Assembly: GCF_044792175.1 (NCBI RefSeq)
Contig: NZ_CP172866.1
DNA: 64,000 bases
DNA from: Corallococcus coralloides
GTDB lineage: Bacteria; Myxococcota; Myxococcia; Myxococcales; Myxococcaceae
Strand: one strand, 5' to 3'
Shown here: positions 37,512 to 47,204 of the stretch, piece after piece
Position numbering within the stretch: position 1 is the first letter of the stretch
How the letters are laid out: every line of letters starts with the position of its first letter
Notes under the pieces: model-generated
The model's input: the letters and a program-made list of their open reading frames with translations, nothing else
Told to the model about the DNA's origin: nothing
Database searches by the model: none
Made by a program: the position numbers and the translations under genes

Positions 37512-40500
37512 ATGCCCTCCACGCAGCCCATTGATCCCGCTGTCGCGATGCTGGCGCCGTACATGCCGGCGGCCATCCTCGCGCGGCTCGGGAGCCAGGA
37601 GGCGGACGCGCTGCCCCGGGCGGAAGGGGTGCGCGGCGCCATCCTGCTGCTGGACATCGCGGGCTTCACGCCCATCGTGGTGGGGCTGAGCGGCGCGGGC
37701 CCGCGCGGCATCGACGCGCTCCAGCGCCTGCTGACGAACTACTACACGGAGATGATCGACGTGGTCCGCGACCACGGCGGGGACATCTACCAGTTCGCCG
37801 GTGACTCCATCCTCGCGTGCTTCGAGGCCGCGCCCGGGGAGGCGGACGCGGACGTCGTGCAGCGCGCGGCGGTGTGCGCGCTGGGCGTGCAGCGGCGGCT
37901 GGCGCGCTTCGCCCGGCTGGAGCTGCTGGGCCAGCGCTTCGGCGTGTCGTCGCGCATCGGCATCGGGTTCGGGGAGGCCACCCGCATCGTGATGGGCGCC
38001 ACCGGCCTGTGGATGCACCCGGCGCTCGTGGGAGAGCCGCTGGCGCAGGCGGTGGGCGCGGAGAAGCAGGCCACGGTGTCGGAGGTCGTCCTGAGCCCGC
38101 GAGCCTGGGCGGCCCTGCCGGAGTCCGCGCGCAAGGGCGAGCCGCGCGAGGGCGGCAACCACCGGCTGGCGCTGGACGCGCCGGTGGAGTCGGTGAAGCG
38201 CCCGCTGCCCGCGCCCACGGGCGGCGCGGAGCTGGTGGGCCGGTGCGCGCTGCTGCTGCACCCGGTGCTCTTCACGAAGATCACCACCGCGCACCAGGAG
38301 TTCGCGGGCGACTTCCGCGACGTCACCTGCTTCTTCGTGCGCTTCACCCACGCGCAACCGGACGCGGATCCGGACACCTTCACCCGCGACCTCAACGCCT
38401 ACTACGAATACGTCCAGCGCGAGTCCGCCCACCACGGCGGCGTGCTGCTGATGACGGACTTCACGGACAAGGGCAACGTGCTCTACGTCCTGTTCGGCGC
38501 GCCCACCGCCCAGCAGAACAAGGAGGTGCTGGCGTGCCGGCTGGCCTGCAAGCTGCTCAAGGCCCGCGAGCAGTTCCCCTTCCTGGACGAGCTGCAGATC
38601 GGCATCGCCACCGGCCACGCCTACTGCGGGGACATGGGCTCGCCCACGCGCAAGGGCTACTCGGCGCTGGGCGAGGTCGTGAACATGGCCGCGCGCCTGA
38701 TGACGCACGGCGGACGCCAGGACGGCGTGCACCTGTGCGCCAACACCCAGGCGCGCTCACAGCAGGGCGGCTTCGCCACCGAGTTCGTCGAGGACGCGAA
38801 GCTCAAGGGCGTCTCGCGCTCGGTGCCGGTGTACCGGCTGCTGGGAGAGACGCGCCGCGGCCTCTTCATCAAGGGCCGGGGCGACATCATCGGCCGCAGC
38901 CGTGAGCTCAACGTGCTGCACGCGTCGCTCAACGCGGCCTTCGCCGGCCAGGGCCGCGTGTGCGTGGTGTCCGGCGAGGCGGGCATCGGCAAGTCGCGGC
39001 TGGGCGCGCGCGTGCTGGAGGACGCGGAGGAGGGCGGCGCCCGGGCGCTGTACGGCGTCTGCTACTCCTACGAGGCCTTCACCCCCTTCTTCCCCTGGAA
39101 GGAGGTCCTGCTCCAGGCGTTCGGCCTGCACGACTCGGACGACACCGACGCGCAGCTCGCGCGCCTGCGGCAGGGGCTGGAGGGACTGGAGGACGTGGGG
39201 CCGGAGTGGATCCCCGTGGTCGCGGGCATCCTCGGCATGTCGCTGGAGGAGACGTCCGCCACCGCGGGGATGGACGCGCGGCGCAAGCAGCAGAAGGTGT
39301 TTCAACTCGTCTTCCAGCTCCTGGAGAAGCTCAGCCGCGCGCAGCCGCTGCTGCTCTTCTTCGAGGACCTGCACTGGGCGGACTACATCTCGTTGGACCT
39401 GCTCCAGTACCTGGCGGTGCGCGTGGGCTCGCACCGCATCATGGTGCTGGCGACCATGCGCCCGGGCGACCAGCTCCGCGGGCTGCGCGACCTGCCGGAG
39501 TTCATCCCGCTGGACCTGGTGAGCCTGGACGACGAGGACACGCGGGCGCTGTTGCGCGTGCACCTGCGCCTGTCGCCGCCGGACGTCGCGCTGGAGGACC
39601 GGCTGCTCGCGAAGGTGCAGGGCAACCCGTTCTTCATCGAATCCATCGTGGAGGGCCTGGCGGAGCAGGGCTACCTGGGGCCGGTGGAGCCCGGCTCGCC
39701 GCGCATGGAGTTGAAGCGCGGCCTGCAGGACCTGCTCCTGCCGGACTCCATCCAGGACGTGGTGCTGTCGCGCATCGACCTGCTCAGCGAGACGGAGAAG
39801 CTGGTGGTGAAGGTGGCGTCCGTCATCGGGCGCATCTTCACGCTGGACGCGGTGGCGGCGCTGGTGCCCACGCTGGGCCACGCCATGCTGCGCGAGGCCA
39901 TGGACACGCTCCAGCGCCTGGGCCTCATCCTGCTGGAGACGGAGGAGCCGTACACCTGCCTCTTCAAGCACATCGTCATCCGCGACGTGGCCTACAACAC
40001 GCTGCTGGTGTCCGCGCGCGAGGACCTGCACCGCCGGCTCGCGCGCTACCTGGAGGCCCGCGCCAACGACAACCTCGCGGGCTCCGCGGGTCTGCTCGCG
40101 TTCCACTTCCTCGCGGGCAACGTGGAGGACAAGGGCCTGGAGTACACGCTGATGGCGGCCCGCAGCGCGCGGGCGCAGTACGCGAACGACGACGCGCTCT
40201 ACCACTACAACCGGGGCCTGGAGCTGCTGGGCACCGTCGTGCCGGTGGACCCGGAGGCGACGCTGCTCCAGACGCGCCGGGTGATGCAGGAGCTGGCGGA
40301 GACGCTGCTGCAGGCGGGCGACTACGCCAACGCCATCCTGATGTTCGAGCAGTGCCTGGTGGACGAGGAGGAGCCTCCCCGCCAGGCGGAGCTGCACCTG
40401 GGCCTGGGCCGCGCGCACCAGGAGAAGGGCGAGTCCGCGCTCGCCACGCAGCACCTGGAGAAGTCGCTGGTGCTGCGGGGCCGCAGCCTCCCGGGGAACC

Positions 40501-41816
40501 TGGCCACGCTGGGCCTGCGCACGCTGGCGAACCTCCTGCTGCGGGGGCTCGCGTCGCTTTTGCCCTTCATCCTGCGCCCGCTGCCGGCGGCGCGGCTGGG
40601 CAACTACCTGCAGCAGTTGTCCACGCTCAACTCGCTCATCCGCATCTACTACTTCGCGGACATCACCAAGCTCACCTGGGCGACGCTGGTGTCCACCAAC
40701 ATGGCGGAGCGCTCGCGCAGCGACTACGCCAGGAGCCTGGCGCGCGGCTACTACGGCACGCTCCTGTTCGGCGCGGGGCTGCTCGGCCGCGCGCGCTACC
40801 ACTGCGAGAAGGCGCTGGAGTACGCCCGGCGCTCCAAGGACCCCGTGGCGGAGGGGCTCGCGCTCAGCCGCCTGGGCATCCAGGCCTTCTTCGCCAACGA
40901 GCTGGAGCGCGCGAGAGAGTTCCAGGAGGAGGCCGTCTCCACGCTGCGCCAGGTGGGCGAGCGCTGGGAGCGCCAGACGTCGCTGATGATGCAGGCCACG
41001 GGCGAGTTCCTCCACTCGCGCTTCCGCGCCGCGGTGGCGCTCTACGAGCAGATGGGGGCCATTGGCGTGGAGCTCAACGCGCTGATGCACCAGGGCTGGG
41101 CGCACTCGTGGGCGCCCATGTGCCGCTACCTCATGGGCGAAGGCGACGTGGGCGAATTGTGCGCGGAGCTGGAGCAGGGCCTGCGCATCAGCGTGGAGGT
41201 GGCGGACCTGGCCAACCAGTGCGCCAGCCTGAACCACCTGGCCAACGTCACGGTGCGCGAGCACCAGGTGGAGGAGGCGGCGCTCGTCGCGGTGCGCTGC
41301 TTCAAGAGCATCTGGAGCTACCAGGTGATGGTGCCCTTCCTCCAGGTGGGGCTGGTGGACGCGGCGGAGGCGGCCCTCTTCGCGCTGGAGGAGGGCGCCA
41401 CGGTGGTGCCGCGCAAGAAGCTGCTGAAGATCGTCAAGCTGGCGTGCATCAAGGCGCGCGTCATCGCCCGGCTCTATCCGTACCTGAAGGGCCCGGCGCT
41501 GCGCGTGACGGCGCGCTCGCTGGCCCTGCGCAAGGGGCCGAAGGCCGCGGAGCCGGTGTTCCTGGAGGCCATCGCCGTCCTGGAGAAGAGCCCCAACCGC
41601 TGGGAGACGGGCGTGGCCTACTTCGACGCGGCGGTGGCCCTGCCGCACCGGCGCGAGGACTTCCTCGCCCGGGCGCGCGCCATCTTCACGGAGGTGGAGG
41701 CCCGCGCGGAGCTGCGCCGCGTGGACCGCTTCCAGGCCACGCTCCAGGCCCCGCCGGCCCCGGCGCTCGTCGCCGTGCCCCAGGCCTCCCAGGTCCGTGA
41801 CGCTCGCGTGATGTGA
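37512..41816 (+). CDS. tandem class-III adenylate/guanylate cyclase domains + STAND/AAA P-loop NTPase + TPR repeats
   Basis: Cyclase domain 1 (ILLLDIAGFTP...IYQFAGDSILACF). Cyclase domain 2 (FRDVTCFFVRF...LMTDFTDKGNVLYVLFGAP...GEVVNMAARL). Walker A GEAGIGKS. Walker B LLFFEDLHWAD. C-terminal TPR/MalT-like helical repeats. Confidence 0.85.
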   Translation: MPSTQPIDPAVAMLAPYMPAAILARLGSQEADALPRAEGVRGAILLLDIAGFTPIVVGLSGAGPRGIDALQRLLTNYYTEMIDVVRDHGGDIYQFAGDSILACFEAAPGEADADVVQRAAVCALGVQRRLARFARLELLGQRFGVSSRIGIGFGEATRIVMGATGLWMHPALVGEPLAQAVGAEKQATVSEVVLSPRAWAALPESARKGEPREGGNHRLALDAPVESVKRPLPAPTGGAELVGRCALLLHPVLFTKITTAHQEFAGDFRDVTCFFVRFTHAQPDADPDTFTRDLNAYYEYVQRESAHHGGVLLMTDFTDKGNVLYVLFGAPTAQQNKEVLACRLACKLLKAREQFPFLDELQIGIATGHAYCGDMGSPTRKGYSALGEVVNMAARLMTHGGRQDGVHLCANTQARSQQGGFATEFVEDAKLKGVSRSVPVYRLLGETRRGLFIKGRGDIIGRSRELNVLHASLNAAFAGQGRVCVVSGEAGIGKSRLGARVLEDAEEGGARALYGVCYSYEAFTPFFPWKEVLLQAFGLHDSDDTDAQLARLRQGLEGLEDVGPEWIPVVAGILGMSLEETSATAGMDARRKQQKVFQLVFQLLEKLSRAQPLLLFFEDLHWADYISLDLLQYLAVRVGSHRIMVLATMRPGDQLRGLRDLPEFIPLDLVSLDDEDTRALLRVHLRLSPPDVALEDRLLAKVQGNPFFIESIVEGLAEQGYLGPVEPGSPRMELKRGLQDLLLPDSIQDVVLSRIDLLSETEKLVVKVASVIGRIFTLDAVAALVPTLGHAMLREAMDTLQRLGLILLETEEPYTCLFKHIVIRDVAYNTLLVSAREDLHRRLARYLEARANDNLAGSAGLLAFHFLAGNVEDKGLEYTLMAARSARAQYANDDALYHYNRGLELLGTVVPVDPEATLLQTRRVMQELAETLLQAGDYANAILMFEQCLVDEEEPPRQAELHLGLGRAHQEKGESALATQHLEKSLVLRGRSLPGNLATLGLRTLANLLLRGLASLLPFILRPLPAARLGNYLQQLSTLNSLIRIYYFADITKLTWATLVSTNMAERSRSDYARSLARGYYGTLLFGAGLLGRARYHCEKALEYARRSKDPVAEGLALSRLGIQAFFANELERAREFQEEAVSTLRQVGERWERQTSLMMQATGEFLHSRFRAAVALYEQMGAIGVELNALMHQGWAHSWAPMCRYLMGEGDVGELCAELEQGLRISVEVADLANQCASLNHLANVTVREHQVEEAALVAVRCFKSIWSYQVMVPFLQVGLVDAAEAALFALEEGATVVPRKKLLKIVKLACIKARVIARLYPYLKGPALRVTARSLALRKGPKAAEPVFLEAIAVLEKSPNRWETGVAYFDAAVALPHRREDFLARARAIFTEVEARAELRRVDRFQATLQAPPAPALVAVPQASQVRDARVM

Positions 41817-41896
41817 CGCGCCGGACGCGCATTCCTTGTCCCGTCAGGCGGGGCCCCTAGACTGCGTGCTTCTTCCTCGACCTCCGCACCGGGCTC

Positions 41897-42727
41897 ATGA
41901 ACACCGCGCCGCTCCGCTTCCAGCTCAGTCCCGTCATCGTCGTCTACATGCTCGTGGTCCACGGCCTGGCCGCGCTGGCGTTCATCCTGCCCTGGCCGCC
42001 GTACGCGCTGCCGGTGGCGCTGGCCGTGTACGTGTCCATTGGCCTGGGCACGACGGTGGGGCTGCACCGGCTCTTGTGCCACCGCGCCTTCGCGTGCCCC
42101 CGCTGGGTGGAGTACGCGCTGGTGACGGTGGCCATGCTCACGGCGCAGGGCAGCCCGCTGCTCTGGGCCGCCAACCACCGGCTGCACCACGCGAAGGCGG
42201 ACGCGGACGGGGACGTGCACTCGCCGGTGCGCGGCTTCTGGTACGCGCACATGGGGTGGATCCTCAACGAGGCCTCCACGGAGGAGGACGGCTGGCGCAC
42301 CTGGTGCCGCGACATGGCGGACGACGGCTACTACCACTGGCTCTTGCGCTACCGCATCGCGCCGCAGGTGCTCGCGGTGCTCTTCGTGGGGCTGACCTTC
42401 GGCTGGCGCACGGTGCCCGCGTACTTCTTCCTGCCCGTGGTGTGCTGGATGCAGAGCACCTACGCGGTGAACTCCGTGTGCCACGCCGCGTTCGGACACC
42501 GCGACCATGACACGCGCGACCACAGCCGCAACGTGTGGTGGGTGAGCGTGCTCGCGCTGGGCGAGGGCTGGCACAACAACCACCACGCCTTCCCCGCGTC
42601 CGCGCGGCACGGCTGGGTGTGGTGGCAGTGGGACCCGGGCTGGCTCTTCATCCGGGCGCTCCAGGCGCTGGGGCTGGCGTGGGACGTGCGCCTGCCGTCC
42701 CGGCTCAGGTCAGGACCTGCGGCGTGA
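41897..42727 (+). CDS. acyl-CoA/acyl-lipid desaturase (stearoyl-CoA desaturase-like)
   Basis: His boxes HRLLCH, HRLHH, HNNHH. Four TM segments. Confidence 0.85.
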   Translation: MNTAPLRFQLSPVIVVYMLVVHGLAALAFILPWPPYALPVALAVYVSIGLGTTVGLHRLLCHRAFACPRWVEYALVTVAMLTAQGSPLLWAANHRLHHAKADADGDVHSPVRGFWYAHMGWILNEASTEEDGWRTWCRDMADDGYYHWLLRYRIAPQVLAVLFVGLTFGWRTVPAYFFLPVVCWMQSTYAVNSVCHAAFGHRDHDTRDHSRNVWWVSVLALGEGWHNNHHAFPASARHGWVWWQWDPGWLFIRALQALGLAWDVRLPSRLRSGPAA

Positions 42728-44120
42728 GGCCCAGCGCGGGCATCCGCTCCGCGTCCCACGCCTCAATGGCGTCCAGCCCCGCGATGTAGCGGCGCTCCGG
42801 GTTCTTCACCGGGTTGCGGATGCTGACGATTTCCGGCCCGGAGAAGAGGATGGTCTGCTTGTAGCGGGGCAGGTCGCTCATCATCAGCTTGGATGCGTAG
42901 TGCCGCGCGATGTTGGGCAGGCTGCCCAGCGTGCGGCACAGCCGCTGGAAGTGCTCCACCACCTCCGACGCGTGCATCTGCTTGGGCCGGTGGCACAGCG
43001 TGTAGCCGTCGTAGTCGCGGCTGGTGGTGCCGGGCAGGAGCCGGTCCTCGGCCTTCAGCTCGCGGAAGAAGGGCGTCTCCGGATACGGGCACACGATGCC
43101 CAGGAACGTGACGGAGAAGTACTTCAGGTCCGCCAGGTAGTCCGGCAGCCGGTGCAGGTACTCGTTGGTGTCGCCGTCCGAGCCGACGATGAGCCCGAAG
43201 GACAGCAGGATGCCGGCGGAGAAGACGCGGCGGATGACGGCGTCCACCTCCGACAGCTTGTTCTGGCCCTTGTTCATCGCCTTGAGCGAGTCCGGGTTGA
43301 GCGACTCCAGGCCGGTGTAGACGTAGCGGCAGCCCGCCTTCGCCATCAGCTTCACCAGCGACTCGTCCTTGAGCACGTTGAAGGTGAGCGCGCAGCCCCA
43401 CGTCTTCTTCAGGGGGATGAGCGCCTCGCACAGCGCGCGCAGGTACTTGGGCGAGCCGCCCAGGTTGTTGTCCAGGAAGACGAACGCGTCCCCCATCAGC
43501 CCCAGGAAGTTCGGGTTCCAGCGCATGCGCGTCTGGATTTCGTCGATGACCTCCGGGATGGGCCGGAAGCGGTAGCGCTCGTGGCCGGTGAGCACGCAGA
43601 AGTTGCACGTGAAGGGGCAGCCGCGCGACGCCTCGATGCCCGGCAGGCGCACCTTGTTGTGCGTGAAGTCGATGAGCTCGTAGCGGTACGGCCGGATGGC
43701 CGCGGCGCCCTGCGACGGCAGGCTGTAGCGGGGCTTGAGCTCACCCTTCTCGAAGTCCGCGATGAGCGCCGGCACGTTGGACTCCGGCTCCCCGGTGATG
43801 ACCGCGTCGAAGTACTTCGCCGCGTCGTCCGGGAAGTGGCTCGCGTGCCGGCCTCCCGCCACCGTCGTCATTCCGCGCTGACGGAAGAGGGTGGAGAGCA
43901 CCTTGGTGTGCTCGTAGTACGAGTGCAGGTACGAGAAGAAGACCAGGTCCCAGTGCCGGTCCAGCGGCAGGTCCGCCTCCTTCTCGTTGAAGATCTCCAC
44001 CTCGGCGTGCTCCGGGCACAGGCCCGCGATGAGCTCCGGCACGGAGGACTGCATGATGGAGGGTTCCTTGATTCGCAGCCGGGTCGGATGGGTGTACGTG
44101 GCGATGATGGCGATGCGCAT
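42705..44120 (-). CDS. B12-binding-domain radical SAM protein (class B rSAM)
   Basis: N-terminal B12-binding-like region. CxxxCxxC cluster (SRGCPFTCNFCVL). The 3' end overlaps the desaturase 3' end by 23 nt on the opposite strand. Confidence 0.85.
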   Translation of the reverse strand: MRIAIIATYTHPTRLRIKEPSIMQSSVPELIAGLCPEHAEVEIFNEKEADLPLDRHWDLVFFSYLHSYYEHTKVLSTLFRQRGMTTVAGGRHASHFPDDAAKYFDAVITGEPESNVPALIADFEKGELKPRYSLPSQGAAAIRPYRYELIDFTHNKVRLPGIEASRGCPFTCNFCVLTGHERYRFRPIPEVIDEIQTRMRWNPNFLGLMGDAFVFLDNNLGGSPKYLRALCEALIPLKKTWGCALTFNVLKDESLVKLMAKAGCRYVYTGLESLNPDSLKAMNKGQNKLSEVDAVIRRVFSAGILLSFGLIVGSDGDTNEYLHRLPDYLADLKYFSVTFLGIVCPYPETPFFRELKAEDRLLPGTTSRDYDGYTLCHRPKQMHASEVVEHFQRLCRTLGSLPNIARHYASKLMMSDLPRYKQTILFSGPEIVSIRNPVKNPERRYIAGLDAIEAWDAERMPALGLTPQVLT

Positions 44121-44343
44121 GCGAGCGGGCCCGGCGGCGCACGCGGCGGAAACGGGGGCGCGCGCGTTCGTGTTTTCACCTGCCGGACCGCGTCCCCCTT
44201 CGTCGGTGGAGGATCACCCGGAGTCCGGGCGGTGGCAAAGGATCTCCCTCACGAACACCACACGCTCCGAGTGTTTCCGGTGGCAGCGGACGACCCAGGA
44301 GGACCTATCTCGCGTGGGGGGCGTACTGATAGATCTTTGAAAC

Positions 44344-46131
44344 ATGGATACTTCTCCTTCGCCAGCCGCCCCGGGTTGGCCGTTTAAGCGTTACTTCTGG
44401 ATTTCCATCGTGCTCGCGGTGGCGCTGGGCGCGACGGCGTTGCGCTCGGGGTTCATGCCGGATGACTTCATCTGGCTGGGCGTCTGGGACAACATTCCGC
44501 CGCCCGCGCCGCTGGGCAACACGCACCTGGACGTGTACCGCACGGCCACCGGCATCCCGGAGCACACGCTGCGTCTGGCGGAGGTGGGCGTCTTCCCGTG
44601 GTGGGTGGAGCCCACCGTGCGCGTCGCGTTCTTCCGGCCCCTGGGCAGCCTGCTCTACGGGCTGGATCACGTGCTCTACAACCGCGTCGCCGTGGCCTAC
44701 CAGTTCCACTCGCTGCTCTGGTACGTGGGCCTGGTGGCGGTGGCGGGCCTGCTGCTCAAGCGCGTGCTGCCCACGGCGGTGGCGGGCGTGGCGATGGTCC
44801 TCTTCGCCCTCTGGGGCTCCCACGCGGCGGTGCTGGGCTGGCTGTCCTACCGCAGCGTGGTGATGTCGCTGCTCTTCGGCATCCTCGGCATCTTCCTGCA
44901 CGTGAAGTGGCGGGAGGAGAAGCGCACGGGCGCGCTGGTGGGCGCGCTGGTGTCCTTCGCGCTCGCGCTCCTCTGCGGTGAGACGATGGTCATCCTCAGC
45001 CCGTACGTGCTGGCCTACGAGGCCTTCTCCGGCCCGGGGCAGGCGAAGGACAAGCTCAAGGGGCTCATCCCGTTCGGCGTGCTGATGGCCCTCTACTTCG
45101 CGGCGTACCGGGCCATGGGCTACGGCGCGGGCGGCTCGGACATGTACCTGGACGCGCTGGGGACGCCGGTGGCGTGGTTCCAGGCGATGCTCGGGCGCGT
45201 GCCGGCCGCCATCGCGGGGCTGACGCTGAACGCGCCCCCGGACTTCATCTTCGATCAATCCCTGGTGCCCCTCTTCACCGTCCTGGGCGCGGTGGGCTTC
45301 ACGCTGTTCGCGCTGCTCGTGTGGGGCGTGTGGCCCCGGCTGGAGGCCGCGGAGAAGCGCACGGTGGGCTGGATGCTGACGGGCGCGTTCGTGTCCACGT
45401 GGCTGTCCAACTCCGCCTTCGCCGGCTCGCGCACGCTCATCGTGCCCAGCCTGGGCATGGCGGTGGGCCTGGCCGTGGTGCTGCGCCACGCGTGGAAGGG
45501 GCGGGCGCTCAAGCTCCGCGCGGGCGCGGTGGTGGCCGGCGCGGCGGTGATGGCCCTCATCCACGTCGTGGGCTCGCCGTACCTCTGGTGGCAGACCATG
45601 GAGCAGTACTCGCAGGCGGACGCGCTCATGGGGCGCGTGCAGGCGCGCTACGAGGAGGCGTTCGATCAGACGAAGCTCCCCAACCAGCGCGTGGTGGTGC
45701 TCAACGCCCCCAACGGCATCATCGGCATCTACGGCTCCGTGCGCTGGTGGTCCTCGGGCAACCCCCTGCCGAAGGCCTGGTGGGTGCTGTCCTATTCGCT
45801 CCACGAGCAGAAGGTGACGCGCACCGGCCCCAACTCGCTGGAGCTGGCGCTCACCCGGGGCGGCCACTTCCTGGACTCCGTGGAGGAGCGCATCCACCGC
45901 GCCGCGCGCCACCCGGTGCGCCAGGGCGACGAGTTCGACATGAAGGGCATGAAGGTGCGGATCGAGGAGGCGGACGCGCAGGGCCCCACGCGCATCTCCT
46001 ACACCTTCGACGTGCCGCTGGAGGACCCGTCGCTGAAGCTGGTCCAGTGGCAGAACAAGAAGGTGGTGCCCTGGGTGCCGCCGGCCGTGGGCGGGCCGCC
46101 GTCCGCCCTCAACGTCCGGGCCGTGCAGTAG
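44344..46131 (+). CDS. large polytopic membrane protein (about 12 TM) with C-terminal soluble domain; function unknown
   Basis: Hydrophobicity pattern and strong coding bias. Divergent from the rSAM gene. No diagnostic motif. Confidence 0.6.
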   Translation: MDTSPSPAAPGWPFKRYFWISIVLAVALGATALRSGFMPDDFIWLGVWDNIPPPAPLGNTHLDVYRTATGIPEHTLRLAEVGVFPWWVEPTVRVAFFRPLGSLLYGLDHVLYNRVAVAYQFHSLLWYVGLVAVAGLLLKRVLPTAVAGVAMVLFALWGSHAAVLGWLSYRSVVMSLLFGILGIFLHVKWREEKRTGALVGALVSFALALLCGETMVILSPYVLAYEAFSGPGQAKDKLKGLIPFGVLMALYFAAYRAMGYGAGGSDMYLDALGTPVAWFQAMLGRVPAAIAGLTLNAPPDFIFDQSLVPLFTVLGAVGFTLFALLVWGVWPRLEAAEKRTVGWMLTGAFVSTWLSNSAFAGSRTLIVPSLGMAVGLAVVLRHAWKGRALKLRAGAVVAGAAVMALIHVVGSPYLWWQTMEQYSQADALMGRVQARYEEAFDQTKLPNQRVVVLNAPNGIIGIYGSVRWWSSGNPLPKAWWVLSYSLHEQKVTRTGPNSLELALTRGGHFLDSVEERIHRAARHPVRQGDEFDMKGMKVRIEEADAQGPTRISYTFDVPLEDPSLKLVQWQNKKVVPWVPPAVGGPPSALNVRAVQ

Positions 46132-46141
46132 GCCGGCAGGC

Positions 46142-46166
46142 GGCGCGGGGGAAGCCTCCCCCGCGC
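46142..46166. terminator. bidirectional GC hairpin (ggcgcggggga-agcc-tcccccgcgcc) between two convergent genes
   Basis: Seen directly in the sequence. Confidence 0.4.
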
Positions 46167-46177
46167 CCGGGCCTGCT

Positions 46178-47203
46178 TCAGCCCACCATCCGCACCACCG
46201 CCAGCGTGAGCCCGTAGACGATGACGGACACCAGCGCGGCGGCGGGGATGGTGAACACCCACGCCCAGATGATGCGGCCGGCGGTGCCCCACTTCACGGC
46301 CCGCCAGCCGCGCGTGGACCCCACGCCGACGATGGCGCCGGTGATGGTGTGCGTGGTGGAGACGGGGATGCCCAGCTCCGCCAGCGCGATGATGGTGACG
46401 CCGCCGCCCGTCTCCGCGCTGAAGCCGCCAATGGGCGCCAGCTTCGTGAGGCTGTGGCCCATGGTGCGGATGATGCGCCAGCCGCCGAAGAAGGTGCCCA
46501 GCGCGATGGCGGCGTGGCAGGAGATGATCATCCACCAGTCGATGTGGAACGGCCGGTCGCGCCAGATGGTGCCGAAGAGCACCACCGCGATGATGCCCAT
46601 GACCTTCTGCGCGTCGTTGGTGCCGTGGCTGAAGGAGAAGATGGCGGACGACACCAACTGCAGCCGGCGGAACCAGGTGTCCACGCGCAGCGGCGTCTGA
46701 CGGTGCACCGCCCAGGTGCTGGCCAGCATCATCCCGATGCCCAGCGTCATGCCGATGAGCGGCGACAGCACGATGAAGGCCGCGATGCGCGCGATGCCAC
46801 TGCCCACCAGGCCCTCGAAGCCCAGCACGGGGAGCGTGGCGCCAATCATCCCGCCCGCCAGCGCGTGCGACGACGACGAGGGCAGCCCCCACCACCAGGT
46901 GAGCAGGTTCCAGACGATGGCGCCCATCAGCGACGAGAAGATGACCATCAGCACCGCGGTGGGGCCGGCGGCGCGGAGCATCTCGAAGTTGATGATGCCC
47001 TTGCCCATGGTGTTGGCCACGTGCACGCCGCCCGCGAAGGCCGCCACGAAGTTGAAGAACGCGGCCCACGCCACGGCCAGGTTCGGCGACAGCACGCGCG
47101 TGGACACCACGGTGGCGATGGAGTTCGCCGCGTCGTGGAAGCCGTTGATGAAATCGAAGATGAGCGCGACGACGACGATGGTGACGACCGCTGCGAGCAG
47201 CAT
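46178..47203 (-). CDS. pitA: inorganic phosphate transporter, PiT family
   Basis: Duplicated PiT signature (GFHDAANSIATVVSTRVL and FSHGTNDAQKVMGII). Confidence 0.9.
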   Translation of the reverse strand: MLLAAVVTIVVVALIFDFINGFHDAANSIATVVSTRVLSPNLAVAWAAFFNFVAAFAGGVHVANTMGKGIINFEMLRAAGPTAVLMVIFSSLMGAIVWNLLTWWWGLPSSSSHALAGGMIGATLPVLGFEGLVGSGIARIAAFIVLSPLIGMTLGIGMMLASTWAVHRQTPLRVDTWFRRLQLVSSAIFSFSHGTNDAQKVMGIIAVVLFGTIWRDRPFHIDWWMIISCHAAIALGTFFGGWRIIRTMGHSLTKLAPIGGFSAETGGGVTIIALAELGIPVSTTHTITGAIVGVGSTRGWRAVKWGTAGRIIWAWVFTIPAAALVSVIVYGLTLAVVRMVG

Positions 47204-47204
47204 C

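Noticed and set aside
36361-41800. Overlapping alternative-frame ORFs (36361..37023, 37817..38905, 38960..41800) within the SLOG and cyclase region
   Set aside because: Out-of-frame Arg/Gly/Ala-rich translations. The annotated frames carry Walker, cyclase and LOG motifs.
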